A stretch of 63,747 bases of DNA, the filler included, from Hausera hauseri (lineage: Eukaryota): NCBI GenBank assembly GCA_046269625.1. It is 11 parts of 11 records of this genome, joined end to end, with 100 filler letters (N's around TTAATTAATTAA, not from the genome) between each part and the next. Parts side by side here need not be neighbours in the genome. Positions count along the whole stretch, not along the records: positions 44,901 to 49,860 come from JBJURY010378480.1; positions 49,961 to 58,220 come from JBJURY010713214.1; positions 58,321 to 63,747 come from JBJURY010257735.1; 8 more parts are not named here. One strand, written 5' to 3'. The notes below the pieces were generated by a model. It did not search any database. It saw only the letters and a program-made list of their open reading frames with translations, and was not told where the DNA came from. The position numbers were made by a program, and so were the translations under genes. Below, piece by piece: positions 49,257 through 62,155 of the stretch (the stretch's first letter is position 1; each line of letters starts with the position of its first letter).

Positions 49257-49691
49257 TTGGTTTTATTTATTATAGAAATCTGCCCCATCTGTCTGGAAGA
49301 GATGACGAACGAAAAGACAATACTACCTTGTAGTCATGAATATTGCCAGCCTTGTATAGATACCTGGTTGAACGAGCAGAATAATTGTCCGTGCTGCAGA
49401 AAAATGTGCACATTCTGTTGGGTATGTTTCAGACTAGTGGCAGATAACCTGGTCATTTCCCCATGCCGACATATATTTTGTAAGCCATGTATTATGGAGC
49501 ATTTGAGGTTTTACCAGTTATGCCCTTATTGCCTCAAACGAGTAGATTTCTATACTGCAGGAGGATTAACTACTTATCTGAATATTGACAATCGACCATC
49601 CATAACATTGGTAATAGACGAAGACGATGGTAGCTGGCCGGAACAGTGGAGAAATCCACAGCCATATACATTTTTAGATTTCCAAAATTAA
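49257..49691 (+). CDS. Double RING-finger protein with hydrophobic/acidic tail; probably a 3' exon
   Basis: CPIC..CSHEYCQPC..W..CPCC, then CWVC..CRHIFCKPC..CPYC; tail ITLVIDEDD; ttttatttattatag acceptor-like site just before the first Cys. Confidence 0.8.
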   Translation: MVLFIIEICPICLEEMTNEKTILPCSHEYCQPCIDTWLNEQNNCPCCRKMCTFCWVCFRLVADNLVISPCRHIFCKPCIMEHLRFYQLCPYCLKRVDFYTAGGLTTYLNIDNRPSITLVIDEDDGSWPEQWRNPQPYTFLDFQN

Positions 49692-49960
49692 TTGCTAATA
49701 AAATTGGTCACAAGTTGTTCATTTCGATTTATTAAGGTCTTTTCCACAACACGAATAGAACAAATGTATTGGATTACGGATTTTTCATATCTTGCTATAC
49801 TACGATGGCGAATAATTGTTATTCCATATAGAATCCAAAGGGAACCTTCACCTACTTGGGNNNNNNNNNNNNNNNNNNNNNNNNNNNNNNNNNNNNNNNN
49901 NNNNTTAATTAATTAANNNNNNNNNNNNNNNNNNNNNNNNNNNNNNNNNNNNNNNNNNNN

Positions 49961-50673
49961 GACAAGATATGACGTACAGAACTGCGAATGTGTGAAACAC
50001 GTATCGGTTGATGAATATGATTGCGGTTGTACCAAAGAATGTAAACTATACACAAGGAAATTGTTCCCGTCTACCATATTGTGTAAGAACCGATATTTAC
50101 GTTCGAAAAACCTTACAGAATCGAAATTGCGTTGAGGTTTACAAAAATCGCACAGTGAGATGTTGCTGTTATCCCGACAAAGATCAGAAAGAAAAATGCG
50201 AAGATAACGTTAACGTTATTACAAAAATTACTTATACACTCGATGAAGTTTGCATTGCATCGGAACAATACTCGAGAAATGCCGTACTTTGCCCGTTGTT
50301 TATTCGATGTGAAAATGGAGACTGTGGACCCGACGGAGTAATGATTATTAAATATTATCACTTGAAATCGCGGAACTGTAAGTGTATCCCAACTCTGCTT
50401 AATAAATACCCGTATGTTTGTAAGTGCCCAGATGGTAAAACTGAAACAACTTGTGACGTTAAAAAACAAGTCCGACAAACGATCACAACAACGTACAACA
50501 TATCAAATAGTACGTGTAGAAGATCTGTCCGGATCAGTCTACGATTATTACCAAATGTGAAAAACAAGGTGGATCTAACTATCCGACTCAAAACGTTATT
50601 ACGACCACATAATTTGAATGATAAATGTAAATGTGTTCCACAAAATTGCACTACGGTAGTCATTTGTCAGTGA
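49961..50673 (+). pseudogene. Fragment of a Cys-rich repetitive extracellular-like protein
   Basis: Recurring C.CP....C.....Y....C.C units; a frame break near the start. Confidence 0.55.
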
Positions 50674-51319
50674 TAAATTTCCAAAAGATATTGCTCAAAA
50701 GCTTGGACCATTGCCTTCCCAAGTCAAATGTTGGATCATGTATATTAATTATCTCTCAATAACACCTTTGTGTTTACGCGTGCTCATATAGCATTACTAC
50801 AATACGGTGATACATACGAACCCCTCTTTATCTACCTAAAGAACCTTACATAAATAAAATCGTCAAGTCTATCATTCAAGTGTCAAATGCACCATCTAAG
50901 TTACCATTTAATACACTTTCTACAGGAATCGGTAAAAAACGGGATTCTACAAATCTTAGACGTCAATTACGATATATGATCATACAGTTTTCAGAATTTT
51001 CTATTTTCGTATTTTAGATACAGTTTATTTTGACGTCATCCTGTACAATACCAATAAATCTAATTTTCTAGGTTCCAGCAATCTTCTCGTAACATGTAGC
51101 GTAGATAAAACTTTTGGAGTGAAAATCAAAATATTTTATAATCTCAACTTGTTTTCCGTTCGTCATTAAAAATAATACGATATGCCAACTACGTCGAACT
51201 TTAGAAGAAGAAAAATACGTTTTTACATTTTTACAATACGTTAATACGATCACTCAAAGACAACCTACAATGAGTCTTAAGATCAATGCGCCCCCGCCAG
51301 CAGGAGAAAATTATAGTGG

Positions 51320-54300
51320 TAGTCCCGGTGTTTGACCCACCGCTAGCACGACCAGAATTTCAGAGCACCTGTGATTTTGGCGCAAGCGTGTCCCCGGCGG
51401 CGCACTATATCCCTGACATGACATACATCTTTTTCTCTATTGTTCTTTTTTTTCAAAATAAATATCCACACACACCGCACACACGCTAAGGCAACAGTAG
51501 CAGATTTTTGGTGGATTTGGCTCATCGCATTAACTTAAAAGGCTACACACTAAGCATAAACGGATACAATCTTCATTATTCCGATCCACTATCATCCTTT
51601 TAATCCTAATATTCATCGCTAATAATTACCTTATGTCCTCGCCTATTCGGTGGTTCCGACACTAAATCGACATTAAACAATCCTGAGAAACTCACCGATA
51701 TTCCCACCATACATGTTCCTTTAAAGCAGTCTCCTTTAGTTCTATCTGCAGCATCCTCTTCGGTCAATTTCCCTTGTGTCGACTATTTTACAGATAAACA
51801 ATATTTTAGTCCTACATGGCTAGAATTTTATGCACAGTGGCTGAAATCTAATAAGATCACTGACCCTTTCTTCAAAGCCAATAGCCTATTAACACTTTTA
51901 CCAGCCAGCCTTAAGTCGCTACTCCCAAATCGTTTCGAAATTTTTCAGACCGCAGACCCATACGAAACACTATTCAACGCCGTCCTTAAACTCACCGAGC
52001 CTTCTCTGGATAATATTATCCAGAAATATTTCAATGAAAACACTAGGCATATTAAAACCCTTTGAATTTTCGCAAACATTTTTAACTTAATTAAACAAGT
52101 TCGGAGTAAACCAGACCAACAATGCCGACTTATTGCGCAGATATTTTCTTTAATCATTACCGAAATAAATACGCGCTTTACTAACCTCAGTTGAAGATAC
52201 CGTTACGTTAGAAAACTTTGCACAACTGGCTGATAAAAGCTACGAAATACTAAATACACACCATATTTCTATTGTCGCAGCCACATTACAACCGTCTATA
52301 ACACCACGCAATGCTGAAATCTTAGCGCTGAGTAATCAAATAAATGCTCTCCGGGCTGAAAACACGGAAATACACCAAGCAATTTCTGCTCTAACTTCTA
52401 AACTGGTCAATTTATCCATGCCGCAACGAGATTAATTCACACCTAAACATAGCCGCGCCTTATCCCACAATTCTAGATCCTCTAGGTTCCCTACTCAACC
52501 TATGATGTGCTATTATCATACTAAATTCAAGAACCAATCCAGTAAATGTTGTTTAGGGTGCAAATTCATTACACCATTTTTCCAAAAATCTGATATTGTT
52601 TGCATTTTTCATAATAGGTTCAGCAATAAAGCCCGAAATTGCATCAACAGTTGCACGTTTTCCAGTCGACTTAACCAATTTTATAGTAATTCTCCCGACA
52701 CCCCAAATCCTACTATTCAAACAAACTGACAAAGCCACCAGATGTATCGGCGCATACTGGCACAGGCAAACGTCCTCAATCTAATAGCCATACCTACGCT
52801 GTCTTCACATTAATAGCTTCCTTAACATCCAAACCTAATTAACCAATCAACTTCCTCATTGAATCAGGGGCCGCCGTTTCTTTGTTACCACCATCTATCA
52901 AAACGCCATTTATCTCACCATCTAACTCTAAATTATACACAGCTAACGGCCAAGCTTTAGGCATTTTCGGCACGTCCAAGGTTTTATTCACTTTGCCACC
53001 ATTCTCCGACATTTTCAATTGGACATTCATCGTTGCCGAGACGCAATCTTTAATACTTGGATCTGATTTCTTATCTTTCTACAACTTCCTTTTATATTTT
53101 GGACAACGTCGGATCATTAAAAGCAGTTTAATAAAACCTACCTCTACAAATAACCAACAAATCACACAACGTATTTTGCCTATAAAATCCATGTTAAAGA
53201 ACTATCAGCCGACGCAAATAAGAACGTCATTAATACCAATATAAATAATCCAATGTTTTTATTGCAGTCCGGTAATAAAGGAACAAAAAGCGTTGACAAG
53301 GACGATTTAGGCTACTCGATTTCTAGCGTTTCCAATCAAAGCACTAAGTCCAATTAAACCACTGTCGTGACAACAACAACCTTTACTACGCTTAGCCAAG
53401 AAATGCAACAATATCTAACCAAATCTTGTTTTCATACAATAAAAAAGACCCAGCATTTCGACCGGCTAACACGACGTTTCATCATGTTATCACAGAAAAT
53501 CCTAGGCCCGTTAAGCAAAAACTCTGCTCACTTTCACCACGCCGTCGACAGACAGTCCAAGCGGAATTCACTGCACCCGAGCAAGTTGGCATTATAAAAC
53601 GCTCGAAATCAGCGTGGACATCACCACTCCACGTCGGCCCAAAGAAAGATGGCACATTCTGTCCATGCGGTGACTATCGACAACTTAATAGCATCACCAC
53701 CATGGACGCTTATCCTCAACCTTTGATTAGGGATATATTACATTTTTTGCACAAAACTACGATTTATTCAAACATAGATCTTGCAAAAGCCTACAATGAA
53801 ATACCGGTAGCACCCGAATACATTCAAAAAACGGCCATTATAACACCTTTTGGTCATTTCGAATACGCGTTCATGCCGTTCTGTTTAAAAAACTCAGTAC
53901 AAACTTTTCAACGGTACATTGATTCAGTTCTTTCAGGCTTGCCATTTGTATATCCGTACATTGATGACATACTAGTTGCATCAGCACCGCCCAAACAACG
54001 CGAAGAACATCTTAGACTAGTTTTCCAATGTTTACACAACTACAATTTTCTAAGTGTTCCTTCCAGAAAAAGGTCAATTTCCTTGGCCACATCATCACAC
54101 CTGATGGTCACAGTCCACAGCCTGATAGAATTCATCAGTTACCAAACATCGAGCTACCCCAAACCAGTATTGACATGCGTAGTTTCCTTGGGACTTTACA
54201 TTTTGTCCATAAATACGTTCCACACTGTAGCAAGTTAACTGCTCCTTTTGCTCAACTAGGAGCAGGACCGAAGAAAAAGCTCATATATTGAACAATAGAA

Positions 54301-56295
54301 CTTGTAAACCAGTTTGATGAACTTCGCGACAAGCTTAAAACAGTCGAAATTTTAGCTTACCCAAAACCTGATGCTGACCTCATTTTAACAACTGACGCAT
54401 CTACTACAGCAGTAGGAAAGGTTCCTCATCAAATATCGCAAGGGATAAATGAGACGTTAAAATTCTTTTCACCTATGCTTCAGCCACAATAATGCCGTTA
54501 TTCCACCTTCGATAGAGAACTTCTGGCCACTGTTTTAGCTCTGAAACATTTTCACATTTACTTATCGCTCATTCCTTCACTATTCAAACGGACCAAAAAC
54601 CTCTCGTTCACGTAATGAACGTGAAACAACCATCACTGCGACAAGAACACCATATCTCATATCTTTCAACATTCAACTTTAAAATTTGCCATACTTCTGA
54701 CACAGACAATTTAATAACTGATTTTTTATCACGGTAAGACAATGCAATCAGTGTCACGCCTATATTCTCCAAGGAACAATTCATGTAAAATTCTCCTTCC
54801 ACTGAAATTCTGAAACAATACAAATCCGTGCAAATCATCGATGGAATAGCCATGGACACTTCGACGCCTGGACAATATTTACCAATTTTAGCACCTTCAC
54901 TTCAACAAAAAGCAATTAACAATATTTATTGGTTGCATCACCCAGGTTCAAAGGCTACATTCCGCCTTCTCAAACGCCACGTAACATGGCCATCAATTAG
55001 GTCTGATGTAAAGAACTGGGTTTGGCAATGAGCAGCTTGCCAAAAGTTCAAAGTAGCTAAATATATTAAGCCACTATCATTCTATTTCCCCTGTGCATCC
55101 CGCTTTGAGTCAGTTCACATAGACATCGTTGGCCCATTACCTTTCGATAACTGCCACCAATTCATTTTTACAATGATGGACCGTGCTTCTCGCTGGTCGG
55201 AAGCTGTTCCCTTGCGTTCCATTAATATAGATTCCATAGTCGATGCATTCATAAGAATTTGGATTAGCCGGTTCGGTTCACCCCGCTATATAATTACAGA
55301 CCAAGGTCCTCGATTTGAATAGAACCTATTCAGATCTTTAGTTAATCGACTAGGCATAAACCACATACACACAACTCCATATCATTTCCAGTCGAACGGC
55401 TTATTTTAACGCTTTTATCGCACTCTCAAGATCTTGTTAAAAACCTGGTCGAAACTCGTAAGAATTGGACAACCATCCTCCCTTTTGTTTTACTCGGGTG
55501 GCGCATCACGCCGTCCACTACCACCGGTTGCGTACTCGCTGAAGCGCTTTTCGGTACCGCAGTTCGTGCACTTTACCAACTCACCGATTTCGACAACAGA
55601 CCAACTGACGAAACAATTAGGTCTGCACAAAATCACTTCGTCCAGTTAAGACAGGATTCTTTCTGTAAAATAGTACATGGTGAAAAAACTTACTTACCTG
55701 ACTCACTATTTAATGCAAAGTTCGTGTGGTTAAAAAACTATTCACCTTCCGGGTTCCAACCCAATTATTTAGGATAATTTAAAGTCCTCAATGTTACCTC
55801 ACACACAGTTACGATATTAAAAAACGATAAAGAAAAAAACGTGCACATAACTAACGTTAAACCTGCATTCTTTGTTAATGATTCACCGGATCCCTCAGCT
55901 GAGTCTTCAAAAACCTTTCTTGACTCCTTCAATTCTTCTTCTATTCTACCTACACGACAACCTGCTACTCCAAAACTTACATAAACCCAAAAATCTATAC
56001 TAAGCGACATACCAACCAGTTTTCAGCTTGCTGACAGATTAAATCAATATATAACTTCCTCCAAACCAACTCAGCAAACAATCAAACAACACGGTAAACA
56101 ACACAAGACAGTCACTTTCAGTAAATACAGAAGGGAACAGAATATCGACAAAATTCAACGTCTTGTCTATACAAAGACTCAATAGCTCACCTATACCTCT
56201 TTGCCTTGTCATCTTACTTTTGTTACATTAACACAGTGTCACCTTCGTAACGGGGTGTAGTGTAGTGCCGTGTACCCGGACGCCACCACAGTCCA
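51320..56295 (+). mobile_element. Ty3/Gypsy LTR retrotransposon copy C, decayed; 3' LTR appears truncated after a few tens of bp
   Basis: Gag DPYETLFNAVLKLTEPSLDNIIQKYFNE; protease FLIESG/ILGSDFL; RT DYRQLN/YIDDILV; RNase H TTDAS/FDRELL; integrase HIDIVGPLP; G-tract then TGTAGTG near 56255-56265. Confidence 0.92.
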
Positions 56296-56309
56296 AAAAT
56301 GAGAAACAG

Positions 56310-56440
56310 CGTTTTGAACAATCAAGAGACTCTCTTTCTCGATTATCATTTGTGCATTATGTTACACTGAAGTTTTTCACAACACACCTGCGGAAAATTG
56401 CCGATCTATCCGATGCAAATAAAATAAAAGTGAAAAATCG
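56310..56440 (+). pseudogene. RhoGAP domain fragment
   Basis: LSFVHYVTLKFFTTHLRKIADLSDANKIKVKN fits LPxxhYxTLkfLxxHLxkVaxxSxxNKMxxxN. Confidence 0.65.
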
Positions 56441-57899
56441 TATTTTGAAAATTTCAAAATATTATATACCTAGTCATTTGAATTCCAGTGGCACCAATAG
56501 TAATATATCGCAACTTCACAAAGAAATTCATCGAATGCAAACACTAATTCAAGAAATGACACTCGTTAACCTGAACTCTTATTTAGGACCAGAAGTATTA
56601 TCTGCAACAAGCATAACACGTTACCAAACAAGTTCTCTCAGTTGAACGACTCGCTCTTCGGTAAAGCTCCGATTGCAGAATCAAGGACTGGAACCTTTTT
56701 CACCTGGGATATAATATGTTTTTTGACATTTAACTACCGTAGGGATGTTTCCAAAATGTTCAAGTTCAACACGAAAACAATAAATTCCATATTGGTCAGA
56801 AAGTATTCAGCACAATCGAATCACTCATTCAACACTCCCGAACTCATCCAAATCATAGAAGTGATACCGAATGATTATTCTTTACAGATGCACTTCATGA
56901 CAAAACTCCGGACTATGAATTCAGTTAAAAAAACGTGAAAGAGAATGTCGAAGCTCAGATGGAACATCAAGCCAACCGAATCAAACTGACATTGGTAATA
57001 CTAATGTGATGAAATCTCGTCAGTGTCATTCCTTTTTTAAACAGGAGATTTTGATGATATGTTGAATGCAGATGCCGTCAATGGTAATGGAACAGTGGAA
57101 TCAAGTCTCCCAACTGAATCGGTTGAGAAAAAGACTCCGGAGTTAGATGATACTCCTGAACCAGATTCACCTTTAAATGAATATAAAATAGTCCAGTTTA
57201 TGGTGATGTAACAAGGTCTGCATCGATTAAGGAACCAAAAATTAAAAGAAAAAGTTTGAGATCATTTTAGTTTAAATTTGGCAGATCTAAATCTGTTAGG
57301 GAATGTGCCGAAGCAACTGCCGCTAAATCGGCGACTTTGGCAGCTCCAGGGTACGGTACGATCACATCAGAAACTAGTGAAGCTGACATTAGTCACGACG
57401 CAATCGACCGGGATGCTCAAGAAAAAATAGAGAAAAAAAAAACGAAAGTTCAACTTTCCCTTCTCCAAAAAGAAGAAAGACAAAAAAGATAAAAGCCAAT
57501 AAATAATTCAGAAAACAGCAACATCAAAAAAACTTTTTGGAGTTATTTATTAATTCAATAAATCATTCTTGTTATTATTATTATTATTAATTGACTTTCT
57601 ACATTTCGTTTTTATACATGTATAAAAATTTTTTTTAATTGGTTTTCGGTGTTTAAAATTGTTTTTCTGTATTTAGTCTCTGTACATGTGTGTTTATCTG
57701 ATTTGTCGAAAACACATCTTTTCGCTGTTTTTGATCAGAATTTTCTGAAGATTAAATGATCAATTTGTAAATTAATTAAGTTTTGGTATTTTAAAAAGTT
57801 AATAAATAGTCTCATTGAGGTTGGAACCATTTCATTTATTTATTCATTTTGGAATTCATAATGACTAAAATACGGATACCATGTTGCCACGAAATATTT

Positions 57900-58220
57900 C
57901 CACATGTCCTATTACATCACCTACACTACACTATCATAAACGAGATGCCCCGTTCATCTTAACAACAGATGCATCCACAATTTCTGCAGGCGCCAAGCTT
58001 GCCCTGTCAATCAATGATAAAAATGCTCCCATTGAATTCTTTTCCCACAAATTCAATTCGGCTGAGCAACTCTATTCAACTTTCGACCGAGAATTACTAG
58101 TTATTATTCTCAGTGCCAAACACTTCAGACATTTCCTCGAAGCAAATGTGTTCACAATCCGCACGGATCATAAACCACTCATTCACATGATGAGTATGAA
58201 AAACCCATCGCCTCGTCAAG
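57900..58220 (+). mobile_element. Gypsy RNase H fragment (related family)
   Basis: LTTDAS..EFFSHKF..YSTFDRELL..HFRHFLE..TDHKPL. Confidence 0.88.
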
Positions 58221-58435
58221 NNNNNNNNNNNNNNNNNNNNNNNNNNNNNNNNNNNNNNNNNNNNTTAATTAATTAANNNNNNNNNNNNNNNNNNNNNNNN
58301 NNNNNNNNNNNNNNNNNNNNAAATTGCATCATTCTGCAGCTTCATCTAAATAATAATACAACCTTTCCTCACATGATTTGTTTATAATCGTGTTACATGC
58401 ATATAAATAGTTATAGTATAAACCCTGTTTCCATA

Positions 58436-59000
58436 ATGTTAGCTAATATCAATTATCGCGGACATGTTACCAAGTGTGATATTAACACACTGCGTTTTAA
58501 TCAATGGAAGCCGAAGCAGTATATCCTCAAGTGTCCACCGGATTTTACATGCATCATATTTCAATCGGAAAAGTGTCGTATTATGGGTTGTCTCAAACCA
58601 ATCACAGCTGATAGTAACAATTAACTACTGCTCTTCGGAATTGTCATTGACCAAATCCAATCAATAGCGGTAGCAATTTGGACTGTCCATCAATCAATTT
58701 GTACAAATTAGCAATGACCACTGAATGTACGTATGAAACCGAACTGTTTCATGCACTGAGACTGATATTTTTTGGCCACTTTGTGTCAATATGTTCAGCA
58801 GTGGAAAAATTGTTGTACTCGGTATTCGGACAGTGGACCATGAACCGATTATTAATCAAATTAAAAACCATATAAATATTTTAGTGAATCAAAATAATGT
58901 ACATTGCACAACAAACTATAAAAACCATTCCCATGGTTATTCAAACATTACTGCCATGAAGACGACGAAAAAACGATTCCACTCAATGATGCTTGTGTGA
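58436..59000 (+). pseudogene. TATA-binding protein (TBP)-like gene, with stop and frameshifts
   Basis: Repeat 1: LANINYRG..TCIIFQSEKCRIMGC (cf. TBP TALIFSSGKMVCTGA). Repeat 2: INLYKLA..TYETELFHALRL..MFSSGKIVVLG (cf. IRLEGL..SYEPELFPGLIY..IFVSGKVVLTG). Confidence 0.8.
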
Positions 59001-59739
59001 ATAATGAAAGTTCAGATTGGTCGTGGTTGTTTGGCTACAAAAAAGACAATTCTAATGTCAAATTGCTGGAAACGAAAACAGAAACTGTCCAACAATTAGA
59101 AAAACCTTCTAATGGCGATTGTCTGCAGGGCGATTATGATGTCGATTGTCTGGAAACGAAAAAGGAACTTGCTCAGAAATCATCAGAAAAGCCAACGTTA
59201 AAAAGGCAAAATGCAATGATTGGAATACGTAAACGAAAATCAAAACCGTCGCGCCAAACAGACATTTTTACCGAAACGAATTTTTCAAGGGTATGAAATG
59301 CATTTTCTGCAAACACCCGTACGGATTTCATTGAATGAACCTGTATCTCTATGTGCACCCAAGTACAGCTATCGTGTAAAACGGCTTTCGGGTGAAAATT
59401 TGGATAAACTTTCTTATGCTGTACATTAATTAAACGTGGATTTAAAGTTGAACGAAACGACCCTGAAACAGCAATCTGTTATTTTACCGGCGCAGAAAAG
59501 GAAATTATTTGATTTTATCGGTCACGAAATGTCTCATGTATCCGATGATGATGGTTTAAAGTGTCGACTGAATATTGAATATCAACGATACAAGGAAAAA
59601 AGTCGGTATCAAAAGCCCGATTTGGCGTGTATATGAAGCACATTTTAATTATCAGTAAATTTTGTTTTACCGTTCTTTCATCAACCCAATTAAAGAGTAT
59701 AAATATACGTGTAATTTTAATATTGGCATAATAATAATA

Positions 59740-60200
59740 ATAATAATGTAAAGATTATCTTAACAGACGTAAATGCCTTTGTACCTAGACGTGTTACAGC
59801 AAACAGTGCAAGCTACGATGTTTTCCAATGTCAATACGACAATTCAAGACAGCACAATCAAATGCATAAAGACTGGGATTCTATTGGTGATTCCACCCAG
59901 TTATAACGGCCAACTTTTATCGAAAAGCGGACTGGCAAAGTTCGGACTGACGGTTGTGAACGGCGGTATCATTGATTCAAACTTTCGTGGTGAAATTAAG
60001 GTGTTGCTGGAAAACCATTCCGGGGAACCGTATGCTTTTTCGAAAGGCAGTGCAATCGCACAAATCGTTTTTCTTCGATGTGAAGAAGCGGAATTCAATG
60101 TAATGTCACCAGAACAATGGGGATTGTTTTTGTGTCAATAAAGCAACACTAAACGAACGCAAAGAATTTGGCTTTGTTGATACGGACAAAACCACCTATG
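59740..60200 (+). pseudogene. Trimeric dUTPase, frameshifted at both ends
   Basis: SASYDV (motif 1, other frame), SKSGLA (2), GIIDSNFRGEI (3), IAQIVF (4), decayed R..FG (5). Confidence 0.9.
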
Positions 60201-60242
60201 TTTAATGATTGTGATGATGATAATAATAATTGTTTTGTTTGT

Positions 60243-60276
60243 TATAAACAAAAAATGATTCTGTATATGATCAGTA
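60243..60276 (+). promoter_or_regulatory. TATA box plus TCAGT initiator-like core promoter
   Basis: TATAAA at 60243, TCAGT at 60271 (28-nt spacing), ATG at 60277. Confidence 0.55.
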
Positions 60277-60756
60277 ATGGCGACAGCATTTATAGATATT
60301 GAAGATTTCCAAGATGATAATGCCCGGTACCTGATAAAGGAATTTTGCGTTATGGATGACGGTAACATTTTCAAACCGCATGTGTACATATTCAAGCCTA
60401 CCATTATGTCGAATCAGTTGACAGAAAATGCGAAATTACCAATGGATATCTCATACGACGTCGTCATGGACTTTATTGGCACGAAGGCAATTCAACGTTT
60501 TGCGTGTCATGTATCATGCGAGACATTTGCGATTGTTTTGACATTGAAAATACTATACTTTACATTAAAGATCAAATTGACGGAAAAAAGTTTACAACGC
60601 CATTCACACTTTTCAGAGTTGCGAATGACGACGTATTCGAACAGCTCGCTGGCGATGGTACCTGACAATATCCTATGTCCGTATCGTGATCATGGACCAC
60701 ATTGTACTTACAAAAAATGTCTACGGCTTTGTATTGACTATATTTCATGCAAATAA
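60277..60756 (+). CDS. DEDD/RNase H-fold exonuclease-like protein of the kind seen in Polinton-like elements
   Basis: N-terminal AFIDIEDF..YLIKEFCV..YIFKP (DxE strand) and C-terminal CPYRDH..HC..C. Confidence 0.5.
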   Translation: MATAFIDIEDFQDDNARYLIKEFCVMDDGNIFKPHVYIFKPTIMSNQLTENAKLPMDISYDVVMDFIGTKAIQRFACHVSCETFAIVLTLKILYFTLKIKLTEKSLQRHSHFSELRMTTYSNSSLAMVPDNILCPYRDHGPHCTYKKCLRLCIDYISCK

Positions 60757-60865
60757 ATAAATGTATTTATCTGTTCCTTTTTTCTTTCCGTAAATAAGAT
60801 CGCCGTATTGGTCAGTTCAATAATTCAAAAACTGTAAATACGGGTAGAAAATACTATTAATCATC

Positions 60866-61404
60866 ATGGAAATAGTTAACCAACTGAAGCAATTGCAAAA
60901 TTTTGATGGATTATCAATTTCATACTTGGTACGATGGTGGCAAGTACTTTATAGTCAGCTGATTGCGAAAGCAGCAGGTGAATTTGGATTTAAAGATTTA
61001 GCGTCAATAGCATTGATGACAGCAACAACAGATTGTAGCTCTATAGAAAATAAAATTATTGTGTTAAATCAAATGTACATTCACCGATTGTACGATACAA
61101 ATTACTTTAATACTGTTGAAAAGATACGTGGTGAATTAACGAAATTGAAAGAGAAAATAACGGACAAAGTACGAGACTGTCAGTTTGTGTGTAATATGTA
61201 AAAAGAAAAATGGATACGGTATTTTTAATGTGCGGCCATCTCGTTGTTTGTCAAATGTGTTCCACCAAAGTAAGCCACCAATGTCCAGAATGTAAATGTG
61301 TTACAATGGAAATTGTACACATTGCGAATGACTTCAATAACGGAAAATGCCTCAATGACGTGGAGGTAATTTGTATCATTGTGATGAGACAATACTTAAA
61401 GTAA
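60866..61404 (+). pseudogene. Protein with a C-terminal IAP-type C3HC4 RING finger
   Basis: Helical region, then VCNM*..DTVFLMCGHLVVCQMC..CPECK. Confidence 0.7.
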
Positions 61405-61482
61405 ATGTTTATTGTTTACAATGGAAACAAACCTTTGATATAAATATGGATGCAATTTCATTTCACGTTTCTTATTTAAAAA

Positions 61483-61944
61483 ATGTATTTGGAAAACAAT
61501 TCAGCAGGTGACAGTCTATCAAAAACGCCAAGGTACAGCGAATATTCTTTCACAAATTCCGGTTATATAATGGATAACTTACATTATCTGCGGAACGCTA
61601 TTCAATTGCCATTGACGCAAACGGTTAAAATCAAACTGGTGAAATATGGTTCATTGGTGAAAAAGATCAGCGACGATGATTTGGGTACAATGGAAGACAC
61701 AATTAGAAAAGTTGACAGTGATTTGGTGTTGAGTAACAATATCCGAGATACATAGTCGATTTTTCTCAAAGGAATTATGGCGAAAATTGTCAGTTCACAT
61801 GGTGGCGAAACAGCAGCAGCAGCAAAAGCAGTTTTGCCACCGGAAGGAGTTAAACGCCATCTAACATTGAAGTTGAAAGGATACAAGGATCTGCACGGCA
61901 TTATATCACCAATATGGAAGATGAGAAAGTTTACGCTGATTTGA
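61483..61944 (+). pseudogene. Unknown protein, possibly an OB-fold ssDNA-binding protein; one internal stop
   Basis: The frame continues past the stop at 61753 to ..LTLKLKGYK..ISPIWKM..*; TATAAA at 61439 and AATAAA near 61975. The function is a guess from strand pattern and position. Confidence 0.35.
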
Positions 61945-62155
61945 CTTTATTTTTGATTTTAGCTTGTGATGATTAATAAATTTTATTGATTTTGTTTTTC
62001 ATATTGTTTCTCGTCACATTAAGTTAAATAGATAAATTAAATGATAAAACAAAGACAAAAACAACGAATAATATACATTTTTTATACAAAGCAAACAGGT
62101 CGCAACGAATTGTCACAGTACTTTGATGTCTGCACCGAATTCATGCGTGCGTGTT

